From Perkinsus olseni (lineage: Eukaryota), in the NCBI GenBank assembly GCA_013115125.1, contig JABANN010000046.1, positions 62,001 to 102,830 on the forward strand: a DNA stretch of 40,830 nt, in the 5' to 3' direction. The position numbers and the translations under genes were made by a program. The notes below the pieces were generated by a model. That model had not been told where the DNA came from, made no database searches, and was given only the letters and a program-made list of their open reading frames with translations. Below are positions 1 through 11,614 of this stretch, in pieces (positions within the stretch are counted from its first letter, which is position 1; each line of letters opens with the position of its first letter).

Positions 1-1809
1 AGGCGTGCCGCTTCACCTGACCAACACGAATAGCGGAGCGTAACAGGAGAAAACTCCCCTCACGGAGTCCCAAAGCTCTCGCCCGTTGTCGTCGACGTCC
101 ACGGCGATCTTAACAGGCTGAAAAGCAATAAGCAGATCAGAGCGCACTCGCTCGAACTGATTGAAGCTACATGTTTTCTAACAGCAGCCGAGGCCCCTCG
201 AGGTACAAATCGCAGCTCGGGGTTGATCGGAGGTGGTGCAGCCGGCACTTCAGTCTGACAAATCACAGCGGTGCGGCTCAACCATCGTAGCTGTGGGCCT
301 ACCAGATGAGGAACGATGGCACTCAGGTCCAGACCGGAGTCAGTCTGCAGCTGCGTTTCCGACACCCGCTTCACCACCCTCGCAGACCCATCCACCTGAA
401 CGCTACCAACTTTTCCGCATCACATAAGCCGATCGATTCACCTTATTATTCACTTCGAGCATGTAATCAGGAGTGTGTAAATCCTGTACCATAGCCTCAT
501 ACCTGATGATGACGAAGCACTCCACCGCTCAAACTTAGCTCTCAATGTCCTCACCGTGGCCCTGGGTCCTGCAACATGAACCGCGAGAGAGCCCCAACCG
601 GGAGCTTAGCAGACAAAACTTCATCTGGGATGGTCACTGGATACCTGCCGGGCAGCACTGACCCGCCGATCGGTTCACCGGACCAACTCTGGGTTCCATG
701 TGAGGTCTGGCATCATGAACTTGATCTTAGCGGCGGTGCGGTAATTGTCGAACCTCGTGGCCGGCGGTTTCGCTTGCAGGCCGGCCCAGTCCACTTTATT
801 CAACATGTTGAAGCTAGGCTTATCGTCATCCCACTGGAAAAGGACAGTCGAGAGGGATCCTGACTGTGTATGCTCACGTAAGCGTCATCTTCAGCGGCCA
901 GTTTCGGAGGAGTTTCCTCTTCCAGTGGCGCGGCCGCCTCAATGGGGTACTCGGGCTGAGCAAAAACGTGCGCATCAACCGCCGGAGAGCGACAGCGCTA
1001 TCATCGATGATGGGCTTGCCTCTTCCTTCGCACGCCGACTCATAAGAGCCATCGTCGTCTGTCCCCAGTGAGAGGCTCCCAGGACTACTATCCAGCAGTA
1101 CCACAGAGGCTTGCATCGAATCATTGACCAGTGTGGTGGAAATTATGGTATTGGCTGGGAATATAAATCTTTTTTTTTCGATCACGCTCCTCTACCGGTC
1201 AGGGCTCGGCCGCTAATTGACGAACACAACACCCCTGACTGTAGGAAGTGTTACTCTACGTCGTAGTGACTATGATGATTATAAGAGTGGAAACGGCGAT
1301 GAGACAGAACTCCTGCTCTCATCGGGGATGCCCACGACGAATTCTAAATGGCTACTTCTACTACTGACGACCAAGATTAACGACGACGACGATGGTGGTG
1401 GTGGTTTTGGTGGTGGCAAGTGTAGCTTTCCCAACTGCAGCCTCCCTAGTTTCAAGAGTGTCAAGTGACTCTTGCAGGCAAACGATGATATATAATGGGA
1501 AAGACTTAGCTACATCGCGGGTGCCCGACGTCTGCTGATCCTTTTTCGCATTGGCCCTGGACTACCACCAGAGTGATTAGAAAATGCGTTGCATCTCACA
1601 GAGATGATCAGCAAGAAAATTGAGGCTACCTCTACTCAGGTTAGACGAGAGCGACTATTCGCATTCTGGCGCGCTAGGAGTCAGCGGCTTGACAACGAAA
1701 ATAATGGTACTACAATGATAGTCAATGATGACGAACAGGAGGAGGCAGCAGCAGCAGCAGCAGCAGCAGGGAGACCGAAAAACAGCAGAGTTGGGATGAG
1801 AAGCAACAT
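1..1809 (-). CDS. Hypothetical multi-exon protein with N-terminal signal-peptide-like segment; runs off the window's left edge
   Basis: ATG at 1809 gives MLLLIPTLLFFGLPAAAAAAASSCSS (hydrophobic leader). Further minus-strand open segments with GT-AG breaks at about 60-395, 506-860 and 1060-1185. No recognisable domain; exon chain not resolved. Confidence 0.35.
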
Positions 1810-1905
1810 GTACTTACTACGTGATTTGATAAGCACAGGAGTCAGTTGACAAGTGAGGAGGTACGAGACAGAATGAAAAAACGAGGACGAAGATCACCAG
1901 CAACA

Positions 1906-3988
1906 TCAGGCACCGAGAGTGCCGCAGATTGAAGACCGATCGATAGAGTCGATGGTGGAGGCGGCTAGAGTTTCGCTGGAGATGGACTCTCTGCTGTCGA
2001 TCCGTGCCGCACCCAAGTGTCGCAACTTAGCACTATGACCACCTGCCAGAAGCATTGCACGCCACACGAAACTTCGCTCCGCTCACCTAGGCCAGCATCT
2101 GTGCCAGAATGCTGCGAGGATTCGATTTTCCTTCTCTCTGCTGTGATATCTTGGAAGACTTCACGGTAAAGCAAATGACTTTCTATCACTGACTTCGCGT
2201 CATCTATCTCGTCCGCTCGTCCACACAACTCGATGCAGGGCCGCTCTCCCCCTGCCTCATCCGTATCCGAATACCGGGCGTAATGGAGAGCAGTCTGTTC
2301 AGCTAAAGCTGACAAGTTGCTGAATCGAGGCCCAACCACCCACTGGACGCTGTCGCTTTCAATAGGGTATCTGCCCAGGACAGATCAACTGCTGCCCGAA
2401 GTGAAGCGTCTCTTACTTTGTTATGAAAAACTCAAGCCGCCTTCGAGCGAGGGTTAGAGCAGGCTCTGAAGGCCCCTCGATAATCACCATTGAACCTGTT
2501 GGTGACTCTCGGGATACCTCTATTATTCGGACCTGACAGGACGACATCCTAGGAGGTCCCCGGTTCGATCCCGGCACCCCTCACATTAACGCCAAATTCA
2601 TCCTGAACGCTCTTCACATTAGCGCCTCCTTTCCCTATTGTAAGGCCGAGTAGCCTCCGTGTTGTGGCAAATTTGACAACCAAATTCCGCGGTTTTCCGA
2701 GATCTGTGAGATTCTCAGAGGCTGCCGCGGCCGTCTTCACCGTAGACGACGACGACGACGACGACGACGACGATGAAGATGATCGCTGTAGCGTTGTCTT
2801 CCAAGGGCCACTTGTCCGCACCTCCATCCTCTCATCACCGGCCCGCCTTTGACTTCTCCCTCCAGTCTGGCAACAACACCGAAGTCCAACACGTCCGTAG
2901 AGGGAGGGCACACTCACAGTGGCTCTCGGCTGTTGATGTTTTCTAAGGGCGAGTAAACGGCGATGATGGAAAGACTGGATCACCAATTGGTGGTCGACGT
3001 GGATGCTCAGAAGCATACAAGCTCGTGCTGTGGTGTGGGCGAACCCTATCAAATGTACTCTGGGGTGGTCACAAAGTGAAGTCTGGACTGATATCTGCAG
3101 GACAAGGTGAACCGCTGCGGGGGGGAGGCTGCCCGCCGTACCAGTGAAAGTTTAACCCTGACGGCGATGTATTTCATGCAGGCCCGGCCATCATCAGAAA
3201 TCAACCAATCAGCCAACGACTGAGGTACTTCATAAATTTCAGTCTTCAACTTGGTCAAGGAGGAGGCACCTAGGGCGACAACGACCTTTAGCAATCCATC
3301 GACCCAGGTTCAATCCCGGCACTACTACATTCAACAGGATCATCCTGCAGATGCTCAGGACTCGCCTGAGGCTGAAGAGGTGCACGTAGATGGTCAAGCT
3401 CAACGATGGTCTCCTCCCGGTCAGAAGGCAGTGGTCCCTCATCACCGTCGGGCTGCTGATTGACATAATACAGTCCGTCCCTAACAACCCTGACAACACC
3501 AGGCCTCCAGCAGGGCGGCGTGGAGGCGCTCCCCAGTGACAACACCTGAACGAACAGCAACTGCGATAACAACAACAACAACAACATCTTCACGGTACTA
3601 CTTCAACCGTGTCACCCGGACCCGGTTGGAAGCTTCCCGGAGTAGCCCTCTTCGGAACACACCGGACCTGGTCGAAAGGATCTTTCTAGATCTCCAGCAG
3701 ATCGACGACCTACCGCCTCCACTGGAACGATCCTAGGCTGCCAGACATTGCTCTGGAACGCTATCCGCACCTGAGAGCGGGAGCTTTCGAAGTCGTAAGG
3801 ATGCTACTACTAGTCCGACCAACCTCGCTAGCTTTTAAGTCGATCCCCGCCAGATGTGCCGTGAACCTGCCGACGACGGACACAATACGCCTGGTCATGA
3901 AAGGACTACAATAGTACCATTTATTCTCGTAACCTTGAACCTCAACGGGCGCCGAGTAACACTGTACAGCGGCAGACGGCGGCTCCAT
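1906..3988 (-). CDS. FMR1/FXR-like RNA-binding protein (Agenet-Agenet-KH0-KH1-KH2), multi-exon
   Basis: Spliced peptides VEVQGYENKWY; PCWRPGVVRVVRDGLYYV...ETIVELDHLR; EIYEVPQSLADWL; RLLGLTIGKGGANVKSVQDEFGVN|VRII...IIEGPSEPALTLARRRLEF (KH GxxG); IESHLLYREVFQDITAERRKIE. Order and residues parallel FMRP. Stop TGA at 1906-1908. Confidence 0.8.
2552..2583 (+). pseudogene. tRNA-like 3' fragment (variable loop, T-arm/B-box) antisense inside KH-gene intron 2533-2584
   Basis: GGAGGTC CCCGG TTCGATC CCGGC ACCCCTCA; removing 2533-2584 joins FGVN|VRIIE. Confidence 0.75.
2745..2772. repeat. (GAC)n microsatellite encoding poly-Ser in the KH gene
   Basis: gacgacgac run; reads SSSSSSSSS in minus ORF 2549..3052. 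Confidence 0.85.
3301..3325 (+). pseudogene. tRNA-like T-arm/B-box fragment antisense inside KH-gene intron ~3270-3328
   Basis: GAC CCAGG TTCAATC CCGGC ACTAC. Confidence 0.7.
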
Positions 3989-4083
3989 TCACAGCAGCAG
4001 CCGGGAAAAACTGATAGGAAGATGGGAGCCCAACTTCAAGGGGAAATGATAACCAAACAAGATCTTTTCGGTGAAATGCTGCA

Positions 4084-7000
4084 TTATGGGCATTTGTGTG
4101 CATCACCCGTGGTGGCAGAATTAGTCCGTGGTGACTCATCATGAGCTGCGGCAGGGAGGGGACTGCCGTCTTCGTGGGCTACGAGAGGGTACTTCATACC
4201 ACTCCTTTCCCGAATCCTATCCGCTACCAGTTCCCTCTTCTCCTGATCCCCCCATTGTTCGCCTGCGTTTTGCGGCCGGCGGGGAGACCGCACCCTGCTC
4301 TGGTCCATCCGAGGGGTCGTCAAACCATGCATGATCATCCCTGCAAAATAGATGCCGCTGCCCGGGTTCGAACTCGAGACCTCCGCGCTCACAGTGCTCG
4401 CTGGGCGGACCATCTCTTCTTGTCGTCCACTTGGAGGAACATGTCAATAAGATCCTTCGCTACCTCAGAGACGTCCTCCCATTCTGCAAATGCGAAGCTA
4501 TACCTAACCACCCGGGTTCTATCCCCACACCTGACATACCTTACTCTGCATTTAAAATCTTCTGGTCCAGCAACCCTCCCTGACCGTCGGGGTCCTCATC
4601 CACCGAGAATGGCGGTGTCGCCGACAACAACACGTATCTGGCCGACACGACTCCGAAGCATACAACAACTTCGTCCCGCCCTAGGCAGACGAAGACAGTC
4701 GTCAATCGACCCACGCGAGTCCGGCCCGGCGTATCTCGCCAGACTCCTACTTCTGGTCGACCCTCATGGGCGAATTTCGAGGCGCGCGACGCAAGTATTA
4801 CAGTATGACTCCCAACGCCCAGCAATCCACTTTGTTGTCGTAAGTCACTCTGCGGCCAAGCTTCAACATGACCATCTCCGGGGCAAAATAGTGAGGCGTC
4901 CCGCAATAAGTCCCTACGGAATAGCCGCCTATCAGTCCTACTACCAGGAAACCCTACCAGCTGCCTCGCCGGTAAGAGGATTTGTGTGGCGTGCCAGGCC
5001 AAGATCTGATATTTTACCATGACGTTGGTCGGCCGTAAGGAGTATCTTCAAAGATACTATCCTCACACAACCACAGGACACACAATCGAAACGACCAAGC
5101 ACGAGCGAGATCAACAAAAAGCAGCGGCCCCCTTCCAACAGAGACTAAAACCGTACGTACATTCTCGGGCTTGAGGTCCCGATGGATGATATTATGACTG
5201 TGCATGTATGCAACGCCGCTGCAGAGATCACGGAAGAGCACCTGAGCGTCCGGCTCTCGGTACCTGGCAAAATGATGGGGGATCGGACAAGGAGTGGTAC
5301 TAGTACGCGCCGTGATTGAGGAGCCTTTCGAGAAGGTCTCCACCTTGCATTAATTCAGTAACAATGAAGAGGCTTCGATGGTTCTCAAAATACGTATAGA
5401 ATTTGACGATCGCCGGATGGTCCAACTCGCGTAGGACCTCAAATTCGGATCTGATCGACAAGAGTTGGGAAAGGAGTGGTACGAAATACCCACTTGCCCG
5501 GCCCTACCTAAATGTGACACTGTTGGACTTAGTGCTCTGCTGGAACTTGAGTAACTTAGCCAGATCGAGCTCCTTGATCGCAACCTGCTTGCCACCCTCC
5601 TTCTTCTCCGTCGCGCTATGAACCGTGGCGAAGTTCCCTTGTCCGAGAGGGGCGTTGATGTAGTACCTGTCCCCGCCCCGTGACCCGATAGATCCATCAG
5701 CCCCCCCCCTCCCCTTATTACAAATCCTCCATTGATCGTCCGGCTGTGTCTCTGGGCGGGTCGGAGTCTTCGCAAGTTGACGCTGAACTGATCGCCTTCT
5801 TGCCAAGGGGCCTCCCAACCTCAGAGCTGTCATTATCCCCGAACAGAGCACCGTTGTATTTATATTCTGTCAGGATAGCTCTGAATGTGAATTCCTGGGG
5901 ACACGACGCAGACAGTCGAGTTGGTAGAATCGCCATCCATCATCCTACTATCCCAGGCTCTATTCCCACCGCCACCGCATCTTTTCCTTGACACGCCAGA
6001 GATACATGATCACCCGACTTCAGCGGATGCATCTGAGACACCCCGGGCATTTATCAAATGCCCCTGGTCGTCGTCGTAGGCGGCCTACGTGCTTCCTAGG
6101 GAGCCTCTTATCGTTGAGGTAAGTCCCATTGGTCGACGAGTCTATTATATGGAAGGCCTTACCGTCATGCTCCAGAGTAACGTGCCTGAACACAGAGTGT
6201 CTTCACACCAGTGTAACGTCAATTTTGCGTACGAGCCAGATACCCTGTCATCGTTCAAGACGATGCTGCAAGAAGGGCTACGACCGATGGTGATGGAGCT
6301 ACGCAGACCTGCAGTGACCCGCGAGGTCGAAGGCCGCCACTGATACCTAAGGGGACGTATTTTCCAACCGTCCCTCTGGAAGGGGCCGTAGGACTTGATA
6401 TCGCCGCTGAGCTGAGCTATGACGGGGTCCTGTTGCCCGACGGTATCGCGGTCCCTCCTCCTCCGATGGACAGGCACTTCCTCCCGAACTGATAGAAATA
6501 CCGTAAAACCAAGACTCACAGCGCCAACTGTACCCTGAGTAGCTGCCGGAGGCATTGCCTGAGTCATCCCTACTACGACGGCACCATCCATAATCTCCTC
6601 CTCCAGCGGATCCTCGTAGCCCAATGGCTTCCATAAGGCCACGAGAAGAGGCTCAGGATGCCCCCTTATGAAGGGGCTCGTCACCAAGGAAAAGCTCTCT
6701 CCCGGCCTGGAGCACAGAGGGTCCATGTGTTACATGGCCGACTCCACCGCACCTTAAGACTTCGGTCTTGTTCGCTATTAGTCGCCTGGAGCCGATGTAG
6801 GTGCCGTTCCGAGAGACATCAGTGATGGTGATTTCGTCCTCTTGACCCGATTTCGATGGGTCGTGATCCAGTCGAACCTACTCAACTACTTCGACTGGGG
6901 AGCGTCGTATGAAGCCTACATGGACGGTAGAGACCTTGGGGTCTTGGACCTCCACATCGTTAGTACCATCCCTGCCAATGCGCCACGATGATCGGTCCGA

Positions 7001-7242
7001 CCAGAGCTCCAGGGTCTGCTCTTTGTTCTTCCACTGACTGGTGTTGATAGTCAAATATAACGTCTGCGATAGACACGGGAGTAGCGATTCTAACCAGGAG
7101 TGGATAGGCAGGCCCATACACCTATCAAGACGGGAGTCTCAAATTCGGAGTCGCCTGTGAGAGGAGGCGGAGGCTGCCAGTCCTGAGTAGCCGTCGCAAG
7201 TTGCGTTGCTGAGCATGAATCCCGAGCCGGCGAAGTAAACAT
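4084..7242 (-). CDS. CHK2/Cds1-like Ser/Thr kinase with TQ motifs and two N-terminal FHA domains, multi-exon
   Basis: MFTSP..SATQLATATQ; FHA1 WRIGRDGTNDVEVQDPKVSTVH; FHA2 ITIGRSPSCSIVLNDDRVSG...LKSGDHVSL; kinase LGQGNFATV, VAIK, HRDLKPEN, KISDLGLAR, TYCGTPHYFAPE, DCWALGVIL, KRWSAQRAL|DDHAWF. Confidence 0.88.
4353..4392 (-). pseudogene. tRNA 3'-half-like fragment (His-like) in sense orientation filling kinase intron 4341-4392
   Basis: (CT|)GTGAG CGCGG AGGTC TCGAG TTCGAAC CCGGG CAGCGGCA; the GT donor falls in the would-be anticodon loop. Confidence 0.7.
4510..4536 (+). pseudogene. tRNA-like T-arm plus acceptor fragment antisense inside kinase intron 4504-4544
   Basis: AC CCGGG TTCTATC CCCAC ACCTGACA (Leu-like 3' end); splicing joins ILNAE|YSFAF. 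Confidence 0.65.
5950..5979 (+). pseudogene. Degenerate tRNA-like T-arm fragment antisense at the donor of kinase intron ~5895-5975
   Basis: ATC CCAGG CTCTATT CCCAC CGCCACCGCA. Confidence 0.45.
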
Positions 7243-7784
7243 GTAATGAGTTATGATGAAACTGAGAAAATGCACATCAACCGAGCCTCTGTGTGGTCTC
7301 GAACCATGGAAGCGATCCTGAGACAAGCGCTGCTGGCTGGCGGAGAAATTGAAGATCGTGACGCGCGACTTGCGACGCTAGCACAACAACTTACGCCTAT
7401 CATGAGAGGGTTCGGTCCCTCTACTCACCGAATAACCATCGGCTTCAATGAGCTAGATACAGTAGCTGCAGGCCGCGACCAGTTGTGCGTGGGCTCCGTC
7501 TGTGCATTGCGCAGGTTTTCGCGCGCGCCCGAATTAGAACGTGCCGCTACGACGAAATAATTGTGTATCTACATGGGGGTCGCAGCCCTACGTGGGGTCC
7601 GAGAGAGGTCGAAGAGTAAGTGGGGAGTCGGCCATCACGCGGTGGGCTGTGCTAGCTCCGCCGTCCATTTGAATCGCGTTAGATTCCATCCAGACACGCC
7701 GCAGGACAAGTATCGATACGGACGTCATTCGGCCTCGAGTGGCCACTGTGAACATGAAGGTAGAAGTGTGTTTGATCGAAATAC

Positions 7785-7855
7785 TGCGCCCGCCGGGAGT
7801 CGAACCCGGGTCACAAGCATGGGAAGCTTGTATGATACCGTTACACTACGAGCGC
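7785..7855 (-). tRNA. tRNA-Gly (anticodon CCC)
   Basis: Reverse complement GCGCTCGTAGTGTAACGGTATCATACAAGCTTCCCATGCTTGTGACCCGGGTTCGACTCCCGGCGGGCGCA: 71 nt, paired acceptor, anticodon (CAAGC/GCTTG) and T stems, A and B boxes. Confidence 0.96.
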
Positions 7856-7899
7856 TCTTGTTTATGGAGGTGTAAAGAAAGTCCGGACCAGCGTTGACA

Positions 7900-9595
7900 A
7901 TGCGGGCTGAATCCAGAAAACCATCCCTCGCCAAGAGAGCGCTGAACCGCATCGCTTCCGTTGCTTGCATCGGTCCGTCAACCACTCTCTCTCAGGCGAA
8001 TCATCCTGAATGGCCAGAAGATGACCTTTTCCTTCTCAACGAGCCCGATCACCAAACCCCCGATCAGGGCATGTTCTACTCTAGACGCCGCCAGTTCGTT
8101 GGCGTATGGCGCCTCACTAAAAATGTGATCCACTGGTATCTTGGATGTGCGTGAAGGTCTCCATCTAGGTACTCAGTTTATCGTGGGATGCCGAGGAGCC
8201 TCAGGACATAGTTAGGGCCGTCGAATCAGAGAGAGAGTGGAGGAATGACCAGACCGGACTGGTATGGCCTACGAGGCTCCGTCGTCTTCCATCTAGTGCA
8301 CTCTGCCCGGTAGTAGGTGCTCACCGTGGTGAACCTCGAGGTCCTCCCCCAATGGCTGGCTCCCTCAGTTTTGTCGCAGCGGTATGAGTTATTGAGCTTA
8401 GCAGAGAGGTCGGAGAGCGGCTGCTGTTGCTTGAAGCTGATATGCGATCGTCTGATCAACTACCAGATACAACGAATGCGCTGTCTGTTACTTCGAGCTC
8501 TACCGGCTCCCAGTGGGCATCCTGCGGTCCCAGAGTAAAAGGGCGTGCTCGCACTACTTCCACACGGAGTGCATCAAGCGACTGGTTGCGAAGAACGCGT
8601 AGGAACTCCCCTGGGCCTCTGTTGTTAGAGTTTGCATGCTCAGGCATGAGGCGCGTAACGCGGGCCATGCTGCTGTGCGGGAGTGCCCTATATGTCGAGC
8701 CAAGTTCAGTGACATCAAAACCTTGCCAGACGTCTTCAAGGTGAGCTCAAGCTACCACTAGGATCTTCGCTCGTCGTCAACTCGGTTGAGGAGTCTTCAC
8801 AAGCTCGGAGTAACCTCAGGATCCCCGAGCATGGTTTCAACTCTGCGATATAGACTGTGGTGGCACTCTCGACAAGGAAGAGGTCCTGGGCGCCCTCGGA
8901 GCGGTTTTACCCGTGGAGAGAGACAAGCTCGCTGAGTAGGTCACATGGCTCTACGCGTTTGGTCATGTACCATTCAGGGCGATCGAGGAGAACTGGGTGG
9001 TCTGGGACCCCGACAACGATGGCTCCATTACTCTCACCGAGTTTGTTGAGCCTCGCAGAGGCCTCCGAGAGTAGACCGCATTAATTAGATGCCGGGCCCG
9101 AGGATCGAACCTTCGACCGCAGATACCTTCTGAGGAACTTCAATGTCATCAAGACAGAGAACCTCAATATACGGCCTGATGACATCCCGGACCTCGATTC
9201 CCATCCGCTCGAATGGTTTAACTTCTGGGACGGCAATGGCAATGGTGGGGCGCTTTGCTTCACAGCAGCATTCAGGCAGATACCTCAGCAGGTTCTCTAG
9301 AGCGGAGCGAGATCGTCCGGGCTATCGTGAGAACCTTCTGCGTGAGCCCCAGTGGCGAGCCTTCTTTCAAGCGTGCTTTCGACTTGAGGGAGATGGCTCT
9401 GTTCATCTGGGACTCGCTCGGGTGAGGGAACGGCTCGACACGAGAGATTTAGGATAGCCCGTCAGGTATCACGAGTTCGGAGAGCTCACTTTTGAGGAGT
9501 TCAATGCACCTTTCGGTGTCGGAGATCAGATATACCATAACTACATCCATGGCATGTACTTTGGCGAGAACGAAGAGCACAACTTTGCCTGGTGA
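7900..9595 (+). CDS. RING-H2 zinc finger plus EF-hand protein (putative Ca2+-regulated E3 ligase), multi-exon
   Basis: Spliced ECAVCYFEL...ACSHYFHTECI...ECPICR (C3H2C3), then EF loops DIDCGGTLDKEE, DPDNDGSITLTE, DGNGNG|SLERSE and degenerate GELTFEEF; stop TGA 9593-9595; start uncertain. Confidence 0.8.
9090..9120 (-). pseudogene. tRNA-like T-arm fragment antisense inside RING/EF gene intron 9071-9122
   Basis: Minus strand GCGGTC GAAGG TTCGATC CTCGG GCCCGGCA; splicing joins GLRE|YLLRNF. Confidence 0.65.
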
Positions 9596-9943
9596 CAAAA
9601 ATTCTCCTTGCGCCTTGTGTTCACCAGTCCTCAACCTGCTCTGTCGTGGCAACTACTGCTTACTGGGCTTCACTCGGGCTTCACTTTCCTGAGATTCGCC
9701 GAGAGGAGGAATAGACAGAAGTGACAAAACCGTGCGCGTAGGGGCGGCCGCACGGGGGGGGGTGAGTCTGGCATTACTTGATTTTGAAACTAGTCTTTAT
9801 AGAGCGAGATGCGGAGCCGGCCGCGGCTGTAGGCCTCCGCGTATGAGTACCCAACTCGCATGCATGAGCATGCGTTCCAGATTTTGCTATAGAACCTCGT
9901 TATCTGTCACCTCCCTTTAAGTCTGGTCTTACCGTAGCGTTTG

Positions 9944-10346
9944 ATGATGCCCTTGGGAAGGCGCTGGGATGATCTGCTTGCTGGTAGCTACCCTAGACAC
10001 GTCGCTTGCACAGCCGAGGATCTCATTCACGAGATAGTTGACGGTACAAGTCGAGAGGTCTCGAGGGAAGCTGTAATGCGCTTGCCGACTAAGCGAACCA
10101 CAGCGGCCTTGCCAGGTGAGGGATGTCGCCGCTGAGCATGTCAGGAAGCTGAAAGAGGAGGGCTCAAAGGGGACGGCGAGAGCTCACCGTGATGTAGGCC
10201 TGCGACCAGCTCGCTCGTTGCATGCACGATCGTCTGATCGCTTTGAGAGGAGAAGTTCGGTGACTAAATTGGCGGTTATAGGGTCCTATGAAATAAAGGC
10301 TAAAGCGTCGGCTGTACGGCCGAGTCGCGCGGAGGAATATGAATAA
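9944..10346 (+). CDS. Possible small spliced hypothetical protein
   Basis: Short open segments separated by plausible GT-AG introns (EDLIHEIVD, EHVRKLKEEGSKG, YEIKAKASAVRPSRAEEYE*); no family recognised. Confidence 0.25.
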
Positions 10347-11614
10347 GGCGCAGAATATCTCGAGAAAGGCGCCCACCTGCAACTTTTAATAAGCACCATC
10401 ACACGACGTTAAAGGACGTTAACTCGTCGTTCTGGTGAAGCGAACACTGCGTGTTGTGGCAGCCGAGGCACTGCGTCCGCTTACAGTCGGCTGATTCCAA
10501 ATCCTCGATCATTGAGCCCCAGGTGGACGAGGGGGATGATGATGCGAAATCGCATTCGAATGACGAGAATATGATATTGAAGGAGCTGGATTCAACGTAA
10601 GAACAGTACCCTTCCGCAGGGTTCCAGCGTTCCCTGTTAGTTTCCTCAACATCGCCATACTCGACCGTTTGCTGCGAGGTATCGGTGACGGCAGGGAAGG
10701 AGTATTCGCAGCACAGATACTTGATGATGTGCTCAAAGTGACCGTGGAAGCATCCCTCATGCCACTGTGTTCATTCCACGCCGCAATCAGACTGACTGAG
10801 AATGCAACACCCGAGTTTTGCTGTCTGGAATCCCATCTTTCATCTACTCTCTTATTGTCGTCAGCAACTCATCCTAGCTCCAGCGCAGTCGCCGTTCTGC
10901 AAAGCCGCTCGGGCTTCGGTATCGACGGAACCCGTCGATCGGGCTTTGACAGGCCTGGTCGATAACCCCCGCCGGTGTAGGGCACCCCCAAAGACGCAGC
11001 TCGACCTTCGGAATCATAGCACCTCCGCCGCGTTGCCTTACTGTTGTCGGTCAGGGTATCGTCGCAGACCGGTTGCTGGAGTTGGCCAGTGGGGCGGCTA
11101 GTCGGTCCACCCTCCTCGAGCTGTCTGATGGTATCAGTGTACATGATCTGTGCCGTGAGGCTGATCGCATTGCAAGCGAAGTGTTCTCATGCGAGTTGCA
11201 GAAGAGGTTGAGCTCTTGTTCGTGACAGACCTCATGTGTTGCGTGCCATCTAGTGATGGGAAGCCTAGTTCTACGGGAGCAGGCACTGCTGTGATAATAA
11301 AGTCGAATGATAGCGTTGATTGGCCCGTCGCTGGTCTAGCTGAGTGGTGCATCACCTGTTGTGATCCGCGCGAAAGAGCCAGCAGACTGTATGGTGGCGC
11401 CATTTTAGGGAATCCCTCTGGAATGCAGAACTCAATTCGTGATACTCTTGTGTCATTTGCCGCTCGTCGCTAGTATGATATTGTGGGCATGAAATCAGTA
11501 TCTCTTCATGTTACTTCAGTCCCGCAATATTCGGGAATCCCAAGGAGAGGTTACATTGTCCCTCCCCACAGCACTAGCAACACACAAAGTTCGATAAATA
11601 ATCATCAGCTTATT

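Noticed and set aside
210-300. Possible tRNA-Sec-like sequence (GGTGCAG...CTTCA)
   Set aside because: Stems do not pair, no T-loop, and it overlaps a probable minus-strand exon
4141-5022. 293-aa plus-strand ORF (likewise minus ORFs 14199-14867 and 21960-22736)
   Set aside because: Antisense shadows of well-supported spliced genes; no recognisable motifs
9931-9945. ACCGTAGC, resembling the start of the dinoflagellate/Perkinsus spliced leader (also 34514, 36912, 39381)
   Set aside because: Only 8-9 nt match and the TTGGCTCAAG part is missing; compatible with chance
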